This document shows, one piece after another, positions 7,921 to 18,037 of a stretch of DNA of 46,168 bases. The notes below the pieces were generated by a model. The model saw nothing but the letters and a program-made list of their open reading frames with translations. It was not told the origin of the DNA and did not search any database. Where the stretch lies: assembly GCA_964370085.1 (NCBI GenBank), contig CAYJHI010000001.1:1-46168 (forward strand). Reading direction: 5' to 3'. The translations under genes and the position numbers were made by a program. This DNA comes from an uncultured Muribaculaceae bacterium (GTDB lineage Bacteria; Bacillota_I; Bacilli_A; RF39; UBA660). The stretch's first letter is position 1, and the number at the start of each line of letters is the position of its first letter.

Positions 7921-9096
7921 ATGAAAATTATATGTATTAATGCAGGTAGTAGTTCTTTAAAGTTTACTTTATTTGATATGGATACAGAGAGTGATATTGC
8001 ATCTGGGTTATTTGAACGTATAGGGATTGATGGTAGTAACTATAAGATTACTTATGGTGAATCTGTTGATAAATGTGATATTGTTCTTAGTGACCATAGG
8101 GAAGCTGTTAATATTTTATTAGATAAATTGGTTTCTTTAGGTATTATTGCTAGTTTATCTGAAATAGAAGGTATTGGTCATCGTGTTGTTAGTGGTGGTG
8201 AGAAGTATAGTGCTTCTATTATAATAAATGATGTGGTTGTTGAGGATTTAGTTTCTTTAACTGATTTTGCACCTTTACATAATCCAGCTCATGTACTTGG
8301 TATTAATGCTTGTAGAGAAGCTTTACCTAATGTACCAATGGTTGCAGTTTTTGATACGGCTTTTCATCAAACAATGGATGAGGTTAGTTATTTATATCCA
8401 GTACCATATTCATGGTATACGGATTTTGGTGTTCGTAAATATGGAGCACATGGAACATCTCACAGATATATCGCGAAGAAGATTAGTGAATATTTAGGTC
8501 GTGAGGATTTGAAAATTATTAATTGTCACTTGGGTAATGGTTCTAGTATATGTGCCATAAAGGATGGTAAGTGTGTTGATACATCAATGGGTCTTACTCC
8601 ATTAGCAGGTGTTATGATGGGAACTCGTTCTGGGGATATTGATCCTTCTATTATACCTTTTGTGATGGATAAAACTGGTATGAGTGCTGCTGAAGTTATA
8701 TCAGACTTAAATCGTAAATCTGGTTTACTTGGACTTGGTTTAATTAGTAGTGATGCTAGAGATAATGTTAATGCTACTAATGATGGTAATAAACAAGCAC
8801 TTATTGCGACAGAGAAATTAGTTAGAACTGTGGTTAACTATATATCTAGTTATTATGTTTTATTAGGTGGAGCTGATGTTATTACTTTTACAGCGGGTAT
8901 TGGAGAAAAAAGTATTTATTTGCGTACGCGTATTATTGAATCTTTAAGTGCTTTAGGTTATGAACTAGATGATTCTACTAAAGATGCTTTTGGTGAGTTT
9001 GCTAAACTTAGTAAAGATGGTACACCTTTAATGTATGTAGTACCAACAAATGAAGAATTAATGATTGCAAGAGATACATTAGAGTTAATTAGATAG
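7921..9096 (+). CDS. ackA: Acetate kinase
   Basis: Starts MKIICINAGSSSLKF, contains AFHQTM and GAHGTSH, 391 aa. AAGAGGAAA RBS. Confidence 0.95.
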   Translation: MKIICINAGSSSLKFTLFDMDTESDIASGLFERIGIDGSNYKITYGESVDKCDIVLSDHREAVNILLDKLVSLGIIASLSEIEGIGHRVVSGGEKYSASIIINDVVVEDLVSLTDFAPLHNPAHVLGINACREALPNVPMVAVFDTAFHQTMDEVSYLYPVPYSWYTDFGVRKYGAHGTSHRYIAKKISEYLGREDLKIINCHLGNGSSICAIKDGKCVDTSMGLTPLAGVMMGTRSGDIDPSIIPFVMDKTGMSAAEVISDLNRKSGLLGLGLISSDARDNVNATNDGNKQALIATEKLVRTVVNYISSYYVLLGGADVITFTAGIGEKSIYLRTRIIESLSALGYELDDSTKDAFGEFAKLSKDGTPLMYVVPTNEELMIARDTLELIR

Positions 9097-9105
9097 GAAG
9101 TTAGA

Positions 9106-10074
9106 ATGATAAAAAGAATATACAAAACAATTAAAAATTACGATAAAATAGTGGTTGCTAGACATATAGGTGTTGATCCAGATGCAATGGCTAGTCAAAT
9201 AGCTCTTAAAGAAGCTATTTTATCTACTTTTCCTGATAAGCAAGTATTTGCTTTAGGAAATGGGAGTGCTAAGTTTAATTACTTAGGTAGATTAGATAAA
9301 ATACCAGATAATTTAGATGATGCTTTATTAATAGTGGTAGATACACCTGATATGAAAAGGATTGATTTACCTACTTTGAAAGGTTATAAAGAAATTATTA
9401 AAATAGATCATCATCCTTTTGTAGAGAAGTTTTCTGATCTTGAATATATAGATACCAATGCTTCTAGTGCATGTGAAATTATTATGCATATACTTGAAGA
9501 AACAAAGTTAGAATGTAACAGAAGTATTGCTGAAAAATTATTTTTAGGGTTAGTATCTGATTCTAATCGTTTCTTGTTTAATAATACGTCTTCTAAAACT
9601 TTTGAAATAGTAGGACGTTATATGGAGAAATATAAGTTTGATATTGCAGATTTATACTCTAACTTATATATGCGTAGTATTGTGGAAGTTAAATTCCAAG
9701 GCTTTTGTCAACAAATTATGGAAGTAACTGATAACGGTTTGGGTTCTATTATATTAAAGGATGCAGATTTAGTTAAATATGGTGTTGATACTGCTGCTTC
9801 TGGTAATATGATTAATAATTTTAATTATATTAGTGAAGTATTGGTATGGGTGTCAGTGACAGAAGATTTGAAAAATGATATAATACGTATTAATATTCGT
9901 TCTAGAGGGCCTGAGGTTAATATGATTGCTGAAAAATATAATGGTGGTGGTCATAAACTTGCTAGTGGTGCTAGAGTTAAAACTTTTAAAGAAGTGGATG
10001 AATTATTAGAAGATTTAGATTTTGTTTGTAAAAAATATAAGGAAAGGTTAAATGGTGAAATAGTTGAAAATTAA
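9106..10074 (+). CDS. nrnA: DHH/DHHA1 phosphoesterase, NrnA-like (oligoribonuclease/pAp phosphatase)
   Basis: Motifs HIGVDPDAM, VDTPD, DHHPF and GGGHKLASG. 322 aa. Confidence 0.85.
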   Translation: MIKRIYKTIKNYDKIVVARHIGVDPDAMASQIALKEAILSTFPDKQVFALGNGSAKFNYLGRLDKIPDNLDDALLIVVDTPDMKRIDLPTLKGYKEIIKIDHHPFVEKFSDLEYIDTNASSACEIIMHILEETKLECNRSIAEKLFLGLVSDSNRFLFNNTSSKTFEIVGRYMEKYKFDIADLYSNLYMRSIVEVKFQGFCQQIMEVTDNGLGSIILKDADLVKYGVDTAASGNMINNFNYISEVLVWVSVTEDLKNDIIRINIRSRGPEVNMIAEKYNGGGHKLASGARVKTFKEVDELLEDLDFVCKKYKERLNGEIVEN

Positions 10075-10657
10075 TAAAGTAGAACTTGATGTATTAGCAG
10101 TTAGAAGAAGTCAATATCCAACTAAAATTCGACCTGAATTTTTATTAGTGGGACGTAGTAATGTAGGTAAAAGTAGTTTTATAAATACAATTATGGGAAG
10201 AAAAGCATTGGCAAAGATATCTTCTCGTCCTGGTAAAACACAAACACTTAATTTTTATTTAGCAAATGATGAGTTTTATTTCGTAGATGTTCCTGGTTAT
10301 GGATATGCTGCTGTTAATAAGAAGACACAACAAAAGTTTGGAATGATGATAGAAGAGTATTTAGAAAAAAGAGAACAATTAAAAAGAGTATTCATGTTAG
10401 TTGATTTTAGGCATAAACCTAGTGAAGATGATGTGATTATGTATAATTTTTTAAAGTATTATAATATTCCTGTTACTATAGTTGCAACTAAAGTAGATAA
10501 AATAGGTACAACAAAAAGAGAAAAACAAACTAAGATTATCAATGATACACTAGATTTAGTAATGGGAGATGATTTAATATTATTCTCTAGTGTTACTAAA
10601 ATGGGTGCAGATAAAGTACTTAATAAATTAGATGATTTAGTTATAGAGACTATTTAG
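10064..10657 (+). CDS. engB: Ribosome biogenesis GTP-binding protein EngB/YsxC
   Basis: TTG start. MKINKVELDVLAV...GRSNVGKSSFIN...KTQTLNFY...DVPGYGYA...TKVDK is collinear with B. subtilis YsxC. Overlaps nrnA by 11 nt. Confidence 0.92.
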   Translation: MKINKVELDVLAVRRSQYPTKIRPEFLLVGRSNVGKSSFINTIMGRKALAKISSRPGKTQTLNFYLANDEFYFVDVPGYGYAAVNKKTQQKFGMMIEEYLEKREQLKRVFMLVDFRHKPSEDDVIMYNFLKYYNIPVTIVATKVDKIGTTKREKQTKIINDTLDLVMGDDLILFSSVTKMGADKVLNKLDDLVIETI

Positions 10658-10668
10658 TCTTTTTTTTA
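10646..10668 (+). terminator. Rho-independent terminator of engB
   Basis: AGACT-attt-AGTCT hairpin plus a T8 run, overlapping the stop codon. Confidence 0.6.
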
Positions 10669-10712
10669 TTTCTTTTTTTAAACTTTAACATATTATATCT
10701 TAGGTGATTAAA

Positions 10713-11195
10713 GTGCGTTTAGAATTAGTTAGCGATAATGAGTTTGTTGTTTTTATTAATAGTTTGTATTTTCCTATTGATGAAGGTTTAGATAAGCAAA
10801 ATTTATCTAGAACTATTAAGTCATTACTTTCTAAGTTAGATAAAAATTATAATTTATCTTTAAAAGGTTATTATAAAGTAAGTATATATCATAATAAGAA
10901 AATAGGAAGTTATTTGGTATTAGAAAAGTTAGAAGATTTTATTATAGATGTTACTACTATTGATTTGAGAGTAATAGCTTATTTAAATGAAGAGTTTTTA
11001 TTAGAGTTTGATGATTATGAAAAGATACCTTTAGGTAAAAGTATCTTCTATCTTAATAATATGTATTATTTAAGTGTTAATGATGTTAGTGATGAAGAGA
11101 TATTATCACTTTGTGATTGGAGTAGGATTGTATATGGGGATGTTGTTTCTAATATTAAAAGAGTTGGGAAGAAATTAAAAACAATTGCTCTATAG
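10713..11195 (+). CDS. MecA/YpbH-like adaptor protein candidate (short)
   Basis: Preferred start is GTG 10713, 5 nt after AGGTGA (the track start is 10704). The N-terminus MRLELVSDNEFVVFI resembles the MecA start (MEIERINEHTVKFY). The C-terminal part EEFLLEFDDYEKI...IFYLNNMYYLSV...WSRIVYG resembles the MecA C-terminal domain pattern (FeDFEdvI...LY..g.YYL...EYG). By-eye match only. Confidence 0.45.
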   Translation: MRLELVSDNEFVVFINSLYFPIDEGLDKQNLSRTIKSLLSKLDKNYNLSLKGYYKVSIYHNKKIGSYLVLEKLEDFIIDVTTIDLRVIAYLNEEFLLEFDDYEKIPLGKSIFYLNNMYYLSVNDVSDEEILSLCDWSRIVYGDVVSNIKRVGKKLKTIAL

Positions 11196-12665
11196 AACAA
11201 TTGCTAGCATATTATTGGCACCTCTATTAACTACTTTAGATAATGTTTGTTGTAATTTATATCTAATGTTGTCTGGCATTAGAGATATTTTAGATTGGAT
11301 TCCTTCTTGGACAATTACATCTAAGCTTCTTCCAAATATTTCACTTTTCCAAATATTAGATGGTTCTGTTTCGTAATCTTTCATTAAATAATTTATTAAC
11401 TCTTTACTTTGAACTTCACTTCCTATAATAGGCTCAAATGTTGAATTGACATCTACTCTTATCATATGAATAGATGGAGCGACTGCTTTTAGTTTTACAC
11501 CATATCTTGATCCTTGTTTTATTATTTCAGGAGTTTCTAATTTCATGTCTTGTAGTGAAGGTGTTGCTACTCCGTATCCTGTTTGTTTAACCATTTTTAG
11601 GGCATATTTTATTTGATCATATTCTTTTTTAGCTTCGTTATATTCTTGGAATAAAGATAATAATTCAGCTTTATTTTTAACATCTATTTTGATAATGTCA
11701 GTTAATACTTGATTATATAAATGGGATGGTGCTGTTAAATTAATAGTAACAGTTCCAGTAGATGGATCTACTTCAGATAAATAAGCTTTTTCTATTAATT
11801 CATTATTAGTAAAATGTTTTATAATATATTCTACGTCTTTTAATTTATCTATTTCAATAACACTTTCTTTGATTGAATCGATATAACTTTTTTTAATAGG
11901 GTGGTCATGATTTAAAATAGCAATCCATTCGGGCATGTTTATTTGTACTTCTAAAATAGGAAATTCATATAGTGCTTCTTTTAGGATTGTATAGATGTCT
12001 TTTTCGTTCATTCCTTCTATGTTGATAGGAAGTACTGGTACTTGATGTTCTTCTTTTAAAGAGTTTGCTAATCTTTCTGTTTCTGGTAGCATAGGGTGTG
12101 TTGTATTTAATACTACAATAAATGGTTTGTTAATATCTTTTAATTCATTTATTACTCTTGTTTCAGCTTCGATATAATCATTTCGTTTAAACTCTCCAAT
12201 AGATCCATCTGTTGTTACTACTATACCTATAGTTGAATGATCTTTAATTACTTTTTCAGTGCCTAGTTCTGCTGCTTCTACAAATGGTATTACATCATCA
12301 TACCATGGTGTTTTGACCATTCTTGGTCCGTTATCATCTTCGGCCCCTTTAGCATCATCTATTAGATATCCTACACAGTCAATCATTCTTATTTGGCAAT
12401 CAAAATCATCTATTTTTATTTTTGCAGCATTGTTAGGTACAAACTTCGGTTCAGTAGTCATAATAGTTTTTCCGCCTGCACTTTGTGGTATTTCATCTAA
12501 TGCTCTTTTTCTTTCATATTCATCTTCAATGTTAGGAACAATTAATGTTTCAACCACTTTTTTTATGAATGTACTTTTACCAGTTCTCACTGCTCCAACG
12601 ACACCTAGATAGATATCACCGCCAGTTCTCTTAGCGATGTTTTGTATAATTTCATATTTTTCCAT
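11190..12665 (-). CDS. spoIVA: Stage IV sporulation protein A (spore coat morphogenetic ATPase)
   Basis: 491 aa. Starts MEKYEIIQNIAKRTGGDIYLGVVGAVRTGKSTFIKK (Walker A) and is collinear with B. subtilis SpoIVA in length. AAAGGTGA RBS. Its 3' end overlaps the convergent gene by 6 nt. Confidence 0.95.
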   Translation of the reverse strand: MEKYEIIQNIAKRTGGDIYLGVVGAVRTGKSTFIKKVVETLIVPNIEDEYERKRALDEIPQSAGGKTIMTTEPKFVPNNAAKIKIDDFDCQIRMIDCVGYLIDDAKGAEDDNGPRMVKTPWYDDVIPFVEAAELGTEKVIKDHSTIGIVVTTDGSIGEFKRNDYIEAETRVINELKDINKPFIVVLNTTHPMLPETERLANSLKEEHQVPVLPINIEGMNEKDIYTILKEALYEFPILEVQINMPEWIAILNHDHPIKKSYIDSIKESVIEIDKLKDVEYIIKHFTNNELIEKAYLSEVDPSTGTVTINLTAPSHLYNQVLTDIIKIDVKNKAELLSLFQEYNEAKKEYDQIKYALKMVKQTGYGVATPSLQDMKLETPEIIKQGSRYGVKLKAVAPSIHMIRVDVNSTFEPIIGSEVQSKELINYLMKDYETEPSNIWKSEIFGRSLDVIVQEGIQSKISLMPDNIRYKLQQTLSKVVNRGANNMLAIVL

Positions 12666-12731
12666 CTTATCACCTTTTCTTTTTATTCATTTAACTCTAT
12701 GTCTTTATGATATAAAAAGAACAAAATATTA

Positions 12732-12759
12732 CAAAAAAAATCTAATATAAATTAGATTT
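12732..12759 (-). terminator. Rho-independent terminator of the spoVIF-like gene
   Basis: On the minus strand, AAATCTAAT-ttat-ATTAGATTT followed by a T8 run. Overlaps the stop codon. Confidence 0.7.
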
Positions 12760-12997
12760 AAAGCATTTTATCTATATCTTTAGGAATATCGTCATTAACA
12801 ATAGTATTGATAATTTTATTGGTTTTTTCTTCACTTATTTCTTTTCCTGTTAAAGTACCTATTTCTTTAATAACATCTTTTAGTGTGTCTTTATCTTTTA
12901 AGTTATTAGCTTGAAGTTTACTAGCAAGTGACATAATTGTGTCTTTGTTTATGTTAGTTTTAGCTTCAATTTTTTTGAATAGAGCATTTTTAAACAT
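12758..12997 (-). CDS. spoVIF: Stage VI sporulation protein F-like (SpoVIF/YjcC family)
   Basis: 79 aa. FKKIEAKTNINKDTIMSLASKLQANNLKDKDTLKDVIKEI matches my recollection of the SpoVIF pattern (FFK.IEKKTGV....LA.S.Q.ANF.DE.T). GGAGGAG RBS. Confidence 0.6.
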   Translation of the reverse strand: MFKNALFKKIEAKTNINKDTIMSLASKLQANNLKDKDTLKDVIKEIGTLTGKEISEEKTNKIINTIVNDDIPKDIDKML

Positions 12998-13043
12998 AAT
13001 ATCTCCTCCAATACTAATATATGATTGGAGGAGATATTTGTTA

Positions 13044-13262
13044 CTAATATAAATGTTCTTGGTACTTATCTCTTTCTTTAATAAGTTCTTTTACTTTTTG
13101 TTGATATTCTTCTGAAGAAATCATTTTCTTTTGATATCTTTCTTCTAATATATCTAATGATTTTTGAATTGATTCTAAATGGGCATTTGGTTGAGATTTA
13201 ACTGATGTGTTTTTAAATAAATCTTTTCCAAAGTTTTTATTAGCATGAAAGCCATTTAACAT
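13044..13262 (-). CDS. Small protein with a SHOCT-like C-terminal helix (72 aa)
   Basis: The start ATG overlaps the der stop (TAATG). The C-terminus LEERYQKKMISSEEYQQKVKELI resembles the SHOCT motif. Confidence 0.5.
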   Translation of the reverse strand: MLNGFHANKNFGKDLFKNTSVKSQPNAHLESIQKSLDILEERYQKKMISSEEYQQKVKELIKERDKYQEHLY

Positions 13263-14569
13263 TAATCATCACTCCTGTTTTTAAATTGTATTACAATAGG
13301 TGTTCCTTCTAATTCAAAGTTTTCTCTTAATTTATTTTCTAAGTATCTTTCATATGAGAAGTGAACCAGTTTCTTATTATTAACTCTTAAAGTGAATTTA
13401 GGTGGTTTAGTACCTGATTGACTTGAGAAAAATATTTTTAAACGATTTGTTTTATAACTAGGTGGTAAATTTAATTGATAAGCATCCATAATTACATCGT
13501 TTAAAATACTTGTTTTTATTTCTCTAGAGATATTTTCTTTTACTTTTACTATTTCTGGCATTAATGTATGAATTCTTTTTTTTGTTAATGCTGATAGGAA
13601 AACAACTGGGGCATATGTTAAGAATTGAAACTCACTTCTAACTAATTTTGTATAATCCTTTATTGTTTCTTCATCTACGGTGTCCCATTTATTAACTACT
13701 AGTATAATACCTTTACCTTTTTCAATAGCATATCCTGCGATATGTTTGTCATGTTCTTTAATACCTTCTTCTGCATTGATTACTACTAAACAAATATCAC
13801 TTTTATCAATTGATTGCATTGATCTTAATAAACTGTACTTTTCGATAGATTCAAAGATTCTTCCTCTTTTACGCATACCTGCAGTATCAATTACAACATA
13901 TTCTTCTCCATCATATTTAAAAACTGAATCAATAGAATCTCTAGTTGTACCTGCAACATCACTTACAACAACACGTTCTTCTTGAAGTAGGGCATTAGTA
14001 AGACTACTTTTACCAACGTTAGGTCTTCCTATAATACAAAATTTTGTTCTGTCATCGGTAATTTCTTGTTCATTTTCATTGAAACCTTCACATATTTCAT
14101 CTAATAAAGTGACAAACCCAGTATTATGGATACCACTGACAGGAATGTAGTGTTCAAATCCTAATTCATAGAAATCGTATAAATTATCTTTACTAGCATT
14201 GTTATCTACTTTGTTAATTGCCACGATTATTTTCTTCTTAGATCTTCTTAATATATCTCTAACAGCATAATCATTGATAGTTAATCCTTCTTTTGCATCA
14301 ACGATGAAAACAATGACATCTGCTTCATTAATAGCGATTTCAGCTTGTATTTTTATTTCATCATTAAATAGTTCTTCTCCTACATCAATACCTCCTGTAT
14401 CGATAAGATTAAAACGATAGTTGCTATAGGTTACTTCTTGATATAAACGGTCTCTTGTTACGCCTGGTGTATCTTCAATAATAGCAAGTCGTCTTCCACA
14501 TATTTTATTGAATAGTGTACTTTTACCAACATTGGGACGACCAACTAGTGCGACTGTAGGTAGTTTCAT
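13262..14569 (-). CDS. der: Ribosome-associated GTPase Der/EngA
   Basis: Two G domains (GRPNVGKSTLFN and GRPNVGKSSLTN) plus a KH-like C-terminus. True start taken as MKLPTVALVG at 14569 behind AAAGGCGGG. The track start at 14620 is an extension. Confidence 0.93.
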   Translation of the reverse strand: MKLPTVALVGRPNVGKSTLFNKICGRRLAIIEDTPGVTRDRLYQEVTYSNYRFNLIDTGGIDVGEELFNDEIKIQAEIAINEADVIVFIVDAKEGLTINDYAVRDILRRSKKKIIVAINKVDNNASKDNLYDFYELGFEHYIPVSGIHNTGFVTLLDEICEGFNENEQEITDDRTKFCIIGRPNVGKSSLTNALLQEERVVVSDVAGTTRDSIDSVFKYDGEEYVVIDTAGMRKRGRIFESIEKYSLLRSMQSIDKSDICLVVINAEEGIKEHDKHIAGYAIEKGKGIILVVNKWDTVDEETIKDYTKLVRSEFQFLTYAPVVFLSALTKKRIHTLMPEIVKVKENISREIKTSILNDVIMDAYQLNLPPSYKTNRLKIFFSSQSGTKPPKFTLRVNNKKLVHFSYERYLENKLRENFELEGTPIVIQFKNRSDD

Positions 14570-14682
14570 AATATCCCGCCTTTCTTGGCTAATTATAACA
14601 TATTTTGTAAGATTTAACAACTAAGATATTATTTTGTCTTTATTCATGTTATACTTTTAATATAGTGAAAGGAGATTTTATT

Positions 14683-15363
14683 ATGAAGAAAACAGTAGAA
14701 TGGTTTAATAATCCTAACTTAATTGTTAATATGATGATAGGTTTATTAGCTATTGGTATATTAATATCACAGACAGTTGCAATTAGATCAGGTTTAGATT
14801 TTCAACAGGCAGTTAATCAATTATTTAATGATAATAGTGTTTATACTATATATCTGGTGTATTTTGTTTCATTAAACTTTAAGTTTGGAAAAAGACATTT
14901 TGATGCTTTAAGTGTTGTTATGTTTGTATTTCAGTCAATTATTTTGTTAACTTCGCTTTTAAATATTATTCAAGCGGTGGGGTTGATATCGATATTTGAT
15001 TTTATTATGCATGTAGCATTATGGTTATATATTAGTAATTCATTAATTAAGAGAACTAGTTTTTGGAAGAATTTGAATTTAGAACAAGTATCTTTTACTT
15101 TTATTAAAAATATAGATTATTTTTATATTGTAGTGGCATCTAGTTTAATAATTTTAATATTAGGTTTAATAGGGTCGTTAGACTTTAATTATGTTTTAAT
15201 TATTTTACTTGATTGTTTAGTTTATATTGGAGTAGCTAGATACTTATATTTATTTAGTAAATATTTTGAAGATAAAAATAAACAGGAAGAAGTTGAAGAA
15301 GAAATAATAGTAGCTTCTACTGTTAAAACTAAAAAGAAGAAAAAGGGTGATGTAAATGGCTAA
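14683..15363 (+). CDS. Polytopic membrane protein, unknown function
   Basis: Start at ATG 14683 behind AAAGGAG (track GTG 14665). About 6 hydrophobic segments and a Lys-rich C-terminal tail. Confidence 0.65.
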   Translation: MKKTVEWFNNPNLIVNMMIGLLAIGILISQTVAIRSGLDFQQAVNQLFNDNSVYTIYLVYFVSLNFKFGKRHFDALSVVMFVFQSIILLTSLLNIIQAVGLISIFDFIMHVALWLYISNSLIKRTSFWKNLNLEQVSFTFIKNIDYFYIVVASSLIILILGLIGSLDFNYVLIILLDCLVYIGVARYLYLFSKYFEDKNKQEEVEEEIIVASTVKTKKKKKGDVNG

Positions 15364-15694
15364 TATTTTTGAAGATATAGATAAAGAAAAGGAACAGTTA
15401 CCAGAACTTAAAACTATTACAGATTCAGTAGTAGGTAAGTATCCATTAAATATCTTTCAAAAGATTGCAATATTTATATTTTTACTTGGTTTGGCTTTAG
15501 GTTTTTTAATTGGTAATTTAATGCCTTCTTGTAGTGAGTTAAATATTTTAACTGGTGCTTGTTTGCGCAGTGAATTTAATCTTTCTATAACTTTAGTTAT
15601 ATGGGGTGTTAGTTTTATTATTACTTTATTTATATATATGATAGGGCATATAATTGCGATTTTATCTTCAATTGATGAAAAACTTAACAAATAA
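15356..15694 (+). CDS. Small membrane protein, unknown function
   Basis: Overlaps the upstream gene by 8 nt. Acidic N-terminus followed by 2-3 TM segments. Confidence 0.55.
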   Translation: MANIFEDIDKEKEQLPELKTITDSVVGKYPLNIFQKIAIFIFLLGLALGFLIGNLMPSCSELNILTGACLRSEFNLSITLVIWGVSFIITLFIYMIGHIIAILSSIDEKLNK

Positions 15695-15814
15695 GAGTAT
15701 TTATTTAGTAAAAGTATTGTCAAGTAGTTGCTTTTATTAAGAAATCATGATAATTTATATATGTAAGCATATAATCTTGTGCTTAAGAAATAATTTAGGA
15801 GGTATTTATATACT

Positions 15815-16087
15815 ATGAAAAAAGTTGAATTAATTGAAGCAGTAGCTACTAAAGCTGACTTAACAAAAGCTGATGCAACTAAAGCAGTAGATGCTTTATT
15901 TGATACTATCACTGGAGCTTTAAAGAAAGGTGATAAAGTACCATTCGTTGGTTTTGGAACTTTCAGTGTTTCTAAAAGAGCTGCTAGAGAAGGACGTAAC
16001 CCACAAACTGGAGCTACTGTTAAAATCGCTGCTAGAAACGCAGTATCATTTAAAGCTGGTTCAGCATTAAAAGATGCTATTAACTAG
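15815..16087 (+). CDS. hup: DNA-binding protein HU
   Basis: 90 aa. Starts MKKVELIEAVA, contains GFGTF and RNPQTG. AGGAGG RBS. Confidence 0.96.
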   Translation: MKKVELIEAVATKADLTKADATKAVDALFDTITGALKKGDKVPFVGFGTFSVSKRAAREGRNPQTGATVKIAARNAVSFKAGSALKDAIN

Positions 16088-16103
16088 GATATAAGTAGTT
16101 TAT

Positions 16104-16130
16104 AAACAACTAGAAATAGTTGTTTTTTTT
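16104..16130 (+). terminator. Rho-independent terminator of hup
   Basis: AAACAACTA-gaaa-TAGTTGTTT hairpin plus a T-run. Confidence 0.8.
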
Positions 16131-16210
16131 ATGGGTAAATATTTATGTAAACTGTGTTGGTATTTATAGATATGAATATGATTTTTTGTTATAATGTAAG
16201 TGGTGATAAT

Positions 16211-17329
16211 ATGTTAGAAAAAGCGTTAACTTTACTTTCTTTAATAGAACAAAATGGATATAGATCTTATTTAGTAGGTGGTTTTGTTAGAGACTACTTA
16301 ATGGGTAATGAGTCTAATGATATAGATATAGCTACTAATGCTACTCCTAGACAGTTAAAAGAGATGTTTCCTGAGGCTAATCTTAGTTATGAAGAATATG
16401 GGTCTGTTACTTTGTTATATAAAGCTGTTAGGTTTGAAATAACTACTTTTAGAAAAGAGATTCAATATGCTAATAATAGAAAACCTATGGAGATAGAATA
16501 TATTGATAATTTATATGAGGATTTATTAAGAAGAGATTTTACTGTTAATACGATATGTATGGATAAAAATGGAAAGATAATAGATTTATTAGATGGACAA
16601 AAAGATATTGAAGATAAAATGATTAGAGTGGTAGGCGATAGTAATTATAAACTTAGTGAAGATGCTTTGAGAATACTTAGGGCTGTTAGGTTTGCTACTA
16701 CTTTAGGTTTTACTATATCAGATAGAGCTAAAGAAGCTATTAATAATAATAAAGATAATTTAAAATTATTATCTTTTGATCGTAAGAAACAAGAGTTAGA
16801 TAAGATTTTTAGTAGTTTAAATGTTAAAGAAGGTATTAACCTATTATGTGAGTTGGGTTTAGACAAGGCACTTGATTTAAATAAATTAAGTGAAGTAGTA
16901 GTTACTGATGATATTTTGGGAATATGGGCTTTTTTAGATGTAACTGACTTATATTCTTTCAATGGTAATGAAAAAGATTTAATTATTCAAATTAATGAAG
17001 CTAAAAATTTAGATAATTTAAATAATGAGGTATTATATTTATATGGCCTTTATATAAATACTGTTGCAGGTAGTTATAAAGGAATAAATAAGAAAGATAT
17101 AATTGAAAAATATAATATGTTACCTATAAAGAGTAGAAAAGACTTAGATATTACAGTAGATGATATTACTGATGTTTTTAATATGGGACCAGGTAGTTAT
17201 TTGAAAAATGTTTTTAAAGAGTTAGAAAAAGCTGTTTTGTGTGGTAAAATAGGTAATAATAATTATGATTTATTAAAGTATTGTGATTTATTGAAAAAAG
17301 AAAAAGTGTCAAATTTAGAAATTTCTTGA
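16211..17329 (+). CDS. cca: CCA-adding tRNA nucleotidyltransferase
   Basis: True start MLEKALTLL at 16211 (GGTGA RBS). Motifs GGFVRDYLMG..SNDIDIAT and RRDFTVN. Confidence 0.88.
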   Translation: MLEKALTLLSLIEQNGYRSYLVGGFVRDYLMGNESNDIDIATNATPRQLKEMFPEANLSYEEYGSVTLLYKAVRFEITTFRKEIQYANNRKPMEIEYIDNLYEDLLRRDFTVNTICMDKNGKIIDLLDGQKDIEDKMIRVVGDSNYKLSEDALRILRAVRFATTLGFTISDRAKEAINNNKDNLKLLSFDRKKQELDKIFSSLNVKEGINLLCELGLDKALDLNKLSEVVVTDDILGIWAFLDVTDLYSFNGNEKDLIIQINEAKNLDNLNNEVLYLYGLYINTVAGSYKGINKKDIIEKYNMLPIKSRKDLDITVDDITDVFNMGPGSYLKNVFKELEKAVLCGKIGNNNYDLLKYCDLLKKEKVSNLEIS

Positions 17330-17380
17330 TTTGACCTTTTCTTATTTTGTGTTATTATATTTTATTAAGGAGGTGTAGTT

Positions 17381-18037
17381 ATGAAAAGTAGTAAATTAAA
17401 TGAGATATTACAACAAGGGAATGTTGTTGTACCTATTTATTTAATTCAAAATATTAAGAATCTTAATATTAGTATGGATGAATTAGTATTTATAATGTAT
17501 TTAGCTAATTTTGGTACTAAGAGTATTTTTGATCCGAAAAAAGCTCATGAGTCTTTAAATATTGAATTGATGAGTGTTATGGAATTAGTAAGTAATTTAA
17601 CCGAGAAGAAAATGTTAACAGTTAATGTGGAAAAAAATGATAAAAATGTTAGAGAAGAATATATTGATATATCTAGTTTTTATAGTAAAGTTTCTTCGTT
17701 AGTAGTGGAGAATATTAATAATACACCTAAAGATATGACTAGTATTTTTGAAATGATTGAAAAAGAATTTGGTAGAACGCTTAGTCCAATTGAATATGAA
17801 ATTATTAAAGCATGGATTGAAAGTGATGTGGAAGAAAGTTTGATTTTAGAAGCATTAAAAGAAGCAACTTTAAGTGGAGTTTCTAATTTGAGATATATTG
17901 ATAAGATTTTATATGAGTGGGGTAAAAAAGGTATTAAAAATAAAGTTGATGTTTTGAAGTATCGTGATAATTTTAAAAAAGAGAAAAGTAATAAAGTTGA
18001 TGTTGTTGAATATGATTGGTTTGAAGATGACGAATAA
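17381..18037 (+). CDS. dnaD: Replication initiation/membrane attachment protein DnaD
   Basis: C-terminal DnaD/DnaB_2 domain: SPIEYEIIKAWIE...ILEALKEATLSGVSNLRYIDKILYEWGKKGI. Followed by nth, as in B. subtilis. Confidence 0.85.
   Translation: MKSSKLNEILQQGNVVVPIYLIQNIKNLNISMDELVFIMYLANFGTKSIFDPKKAHESLNIELMSVMELVSNLTEKKMLTVNVEKNDKNVREEYIDISSFYSKVSSLVVENINNTPKDMTSIFEMIEKEFGRTLSPIEYEIIKAWIESDVEESLILEALKEATLSGVSNLRYIDKILYEWGKKGIKNKVDVLKYRDNFKKEKSNKVDVVEYDWFEDDE

Noticed and set aside
12666-12731. A sigma-E promoter for spoIVA (candidates CATAAAGA and CATAGAGT on the minus strand).
   Set aside because: The -10-like strings are only partial matches and no -35 element sits at the right spacing. The evidence is too weak to report as a feature.
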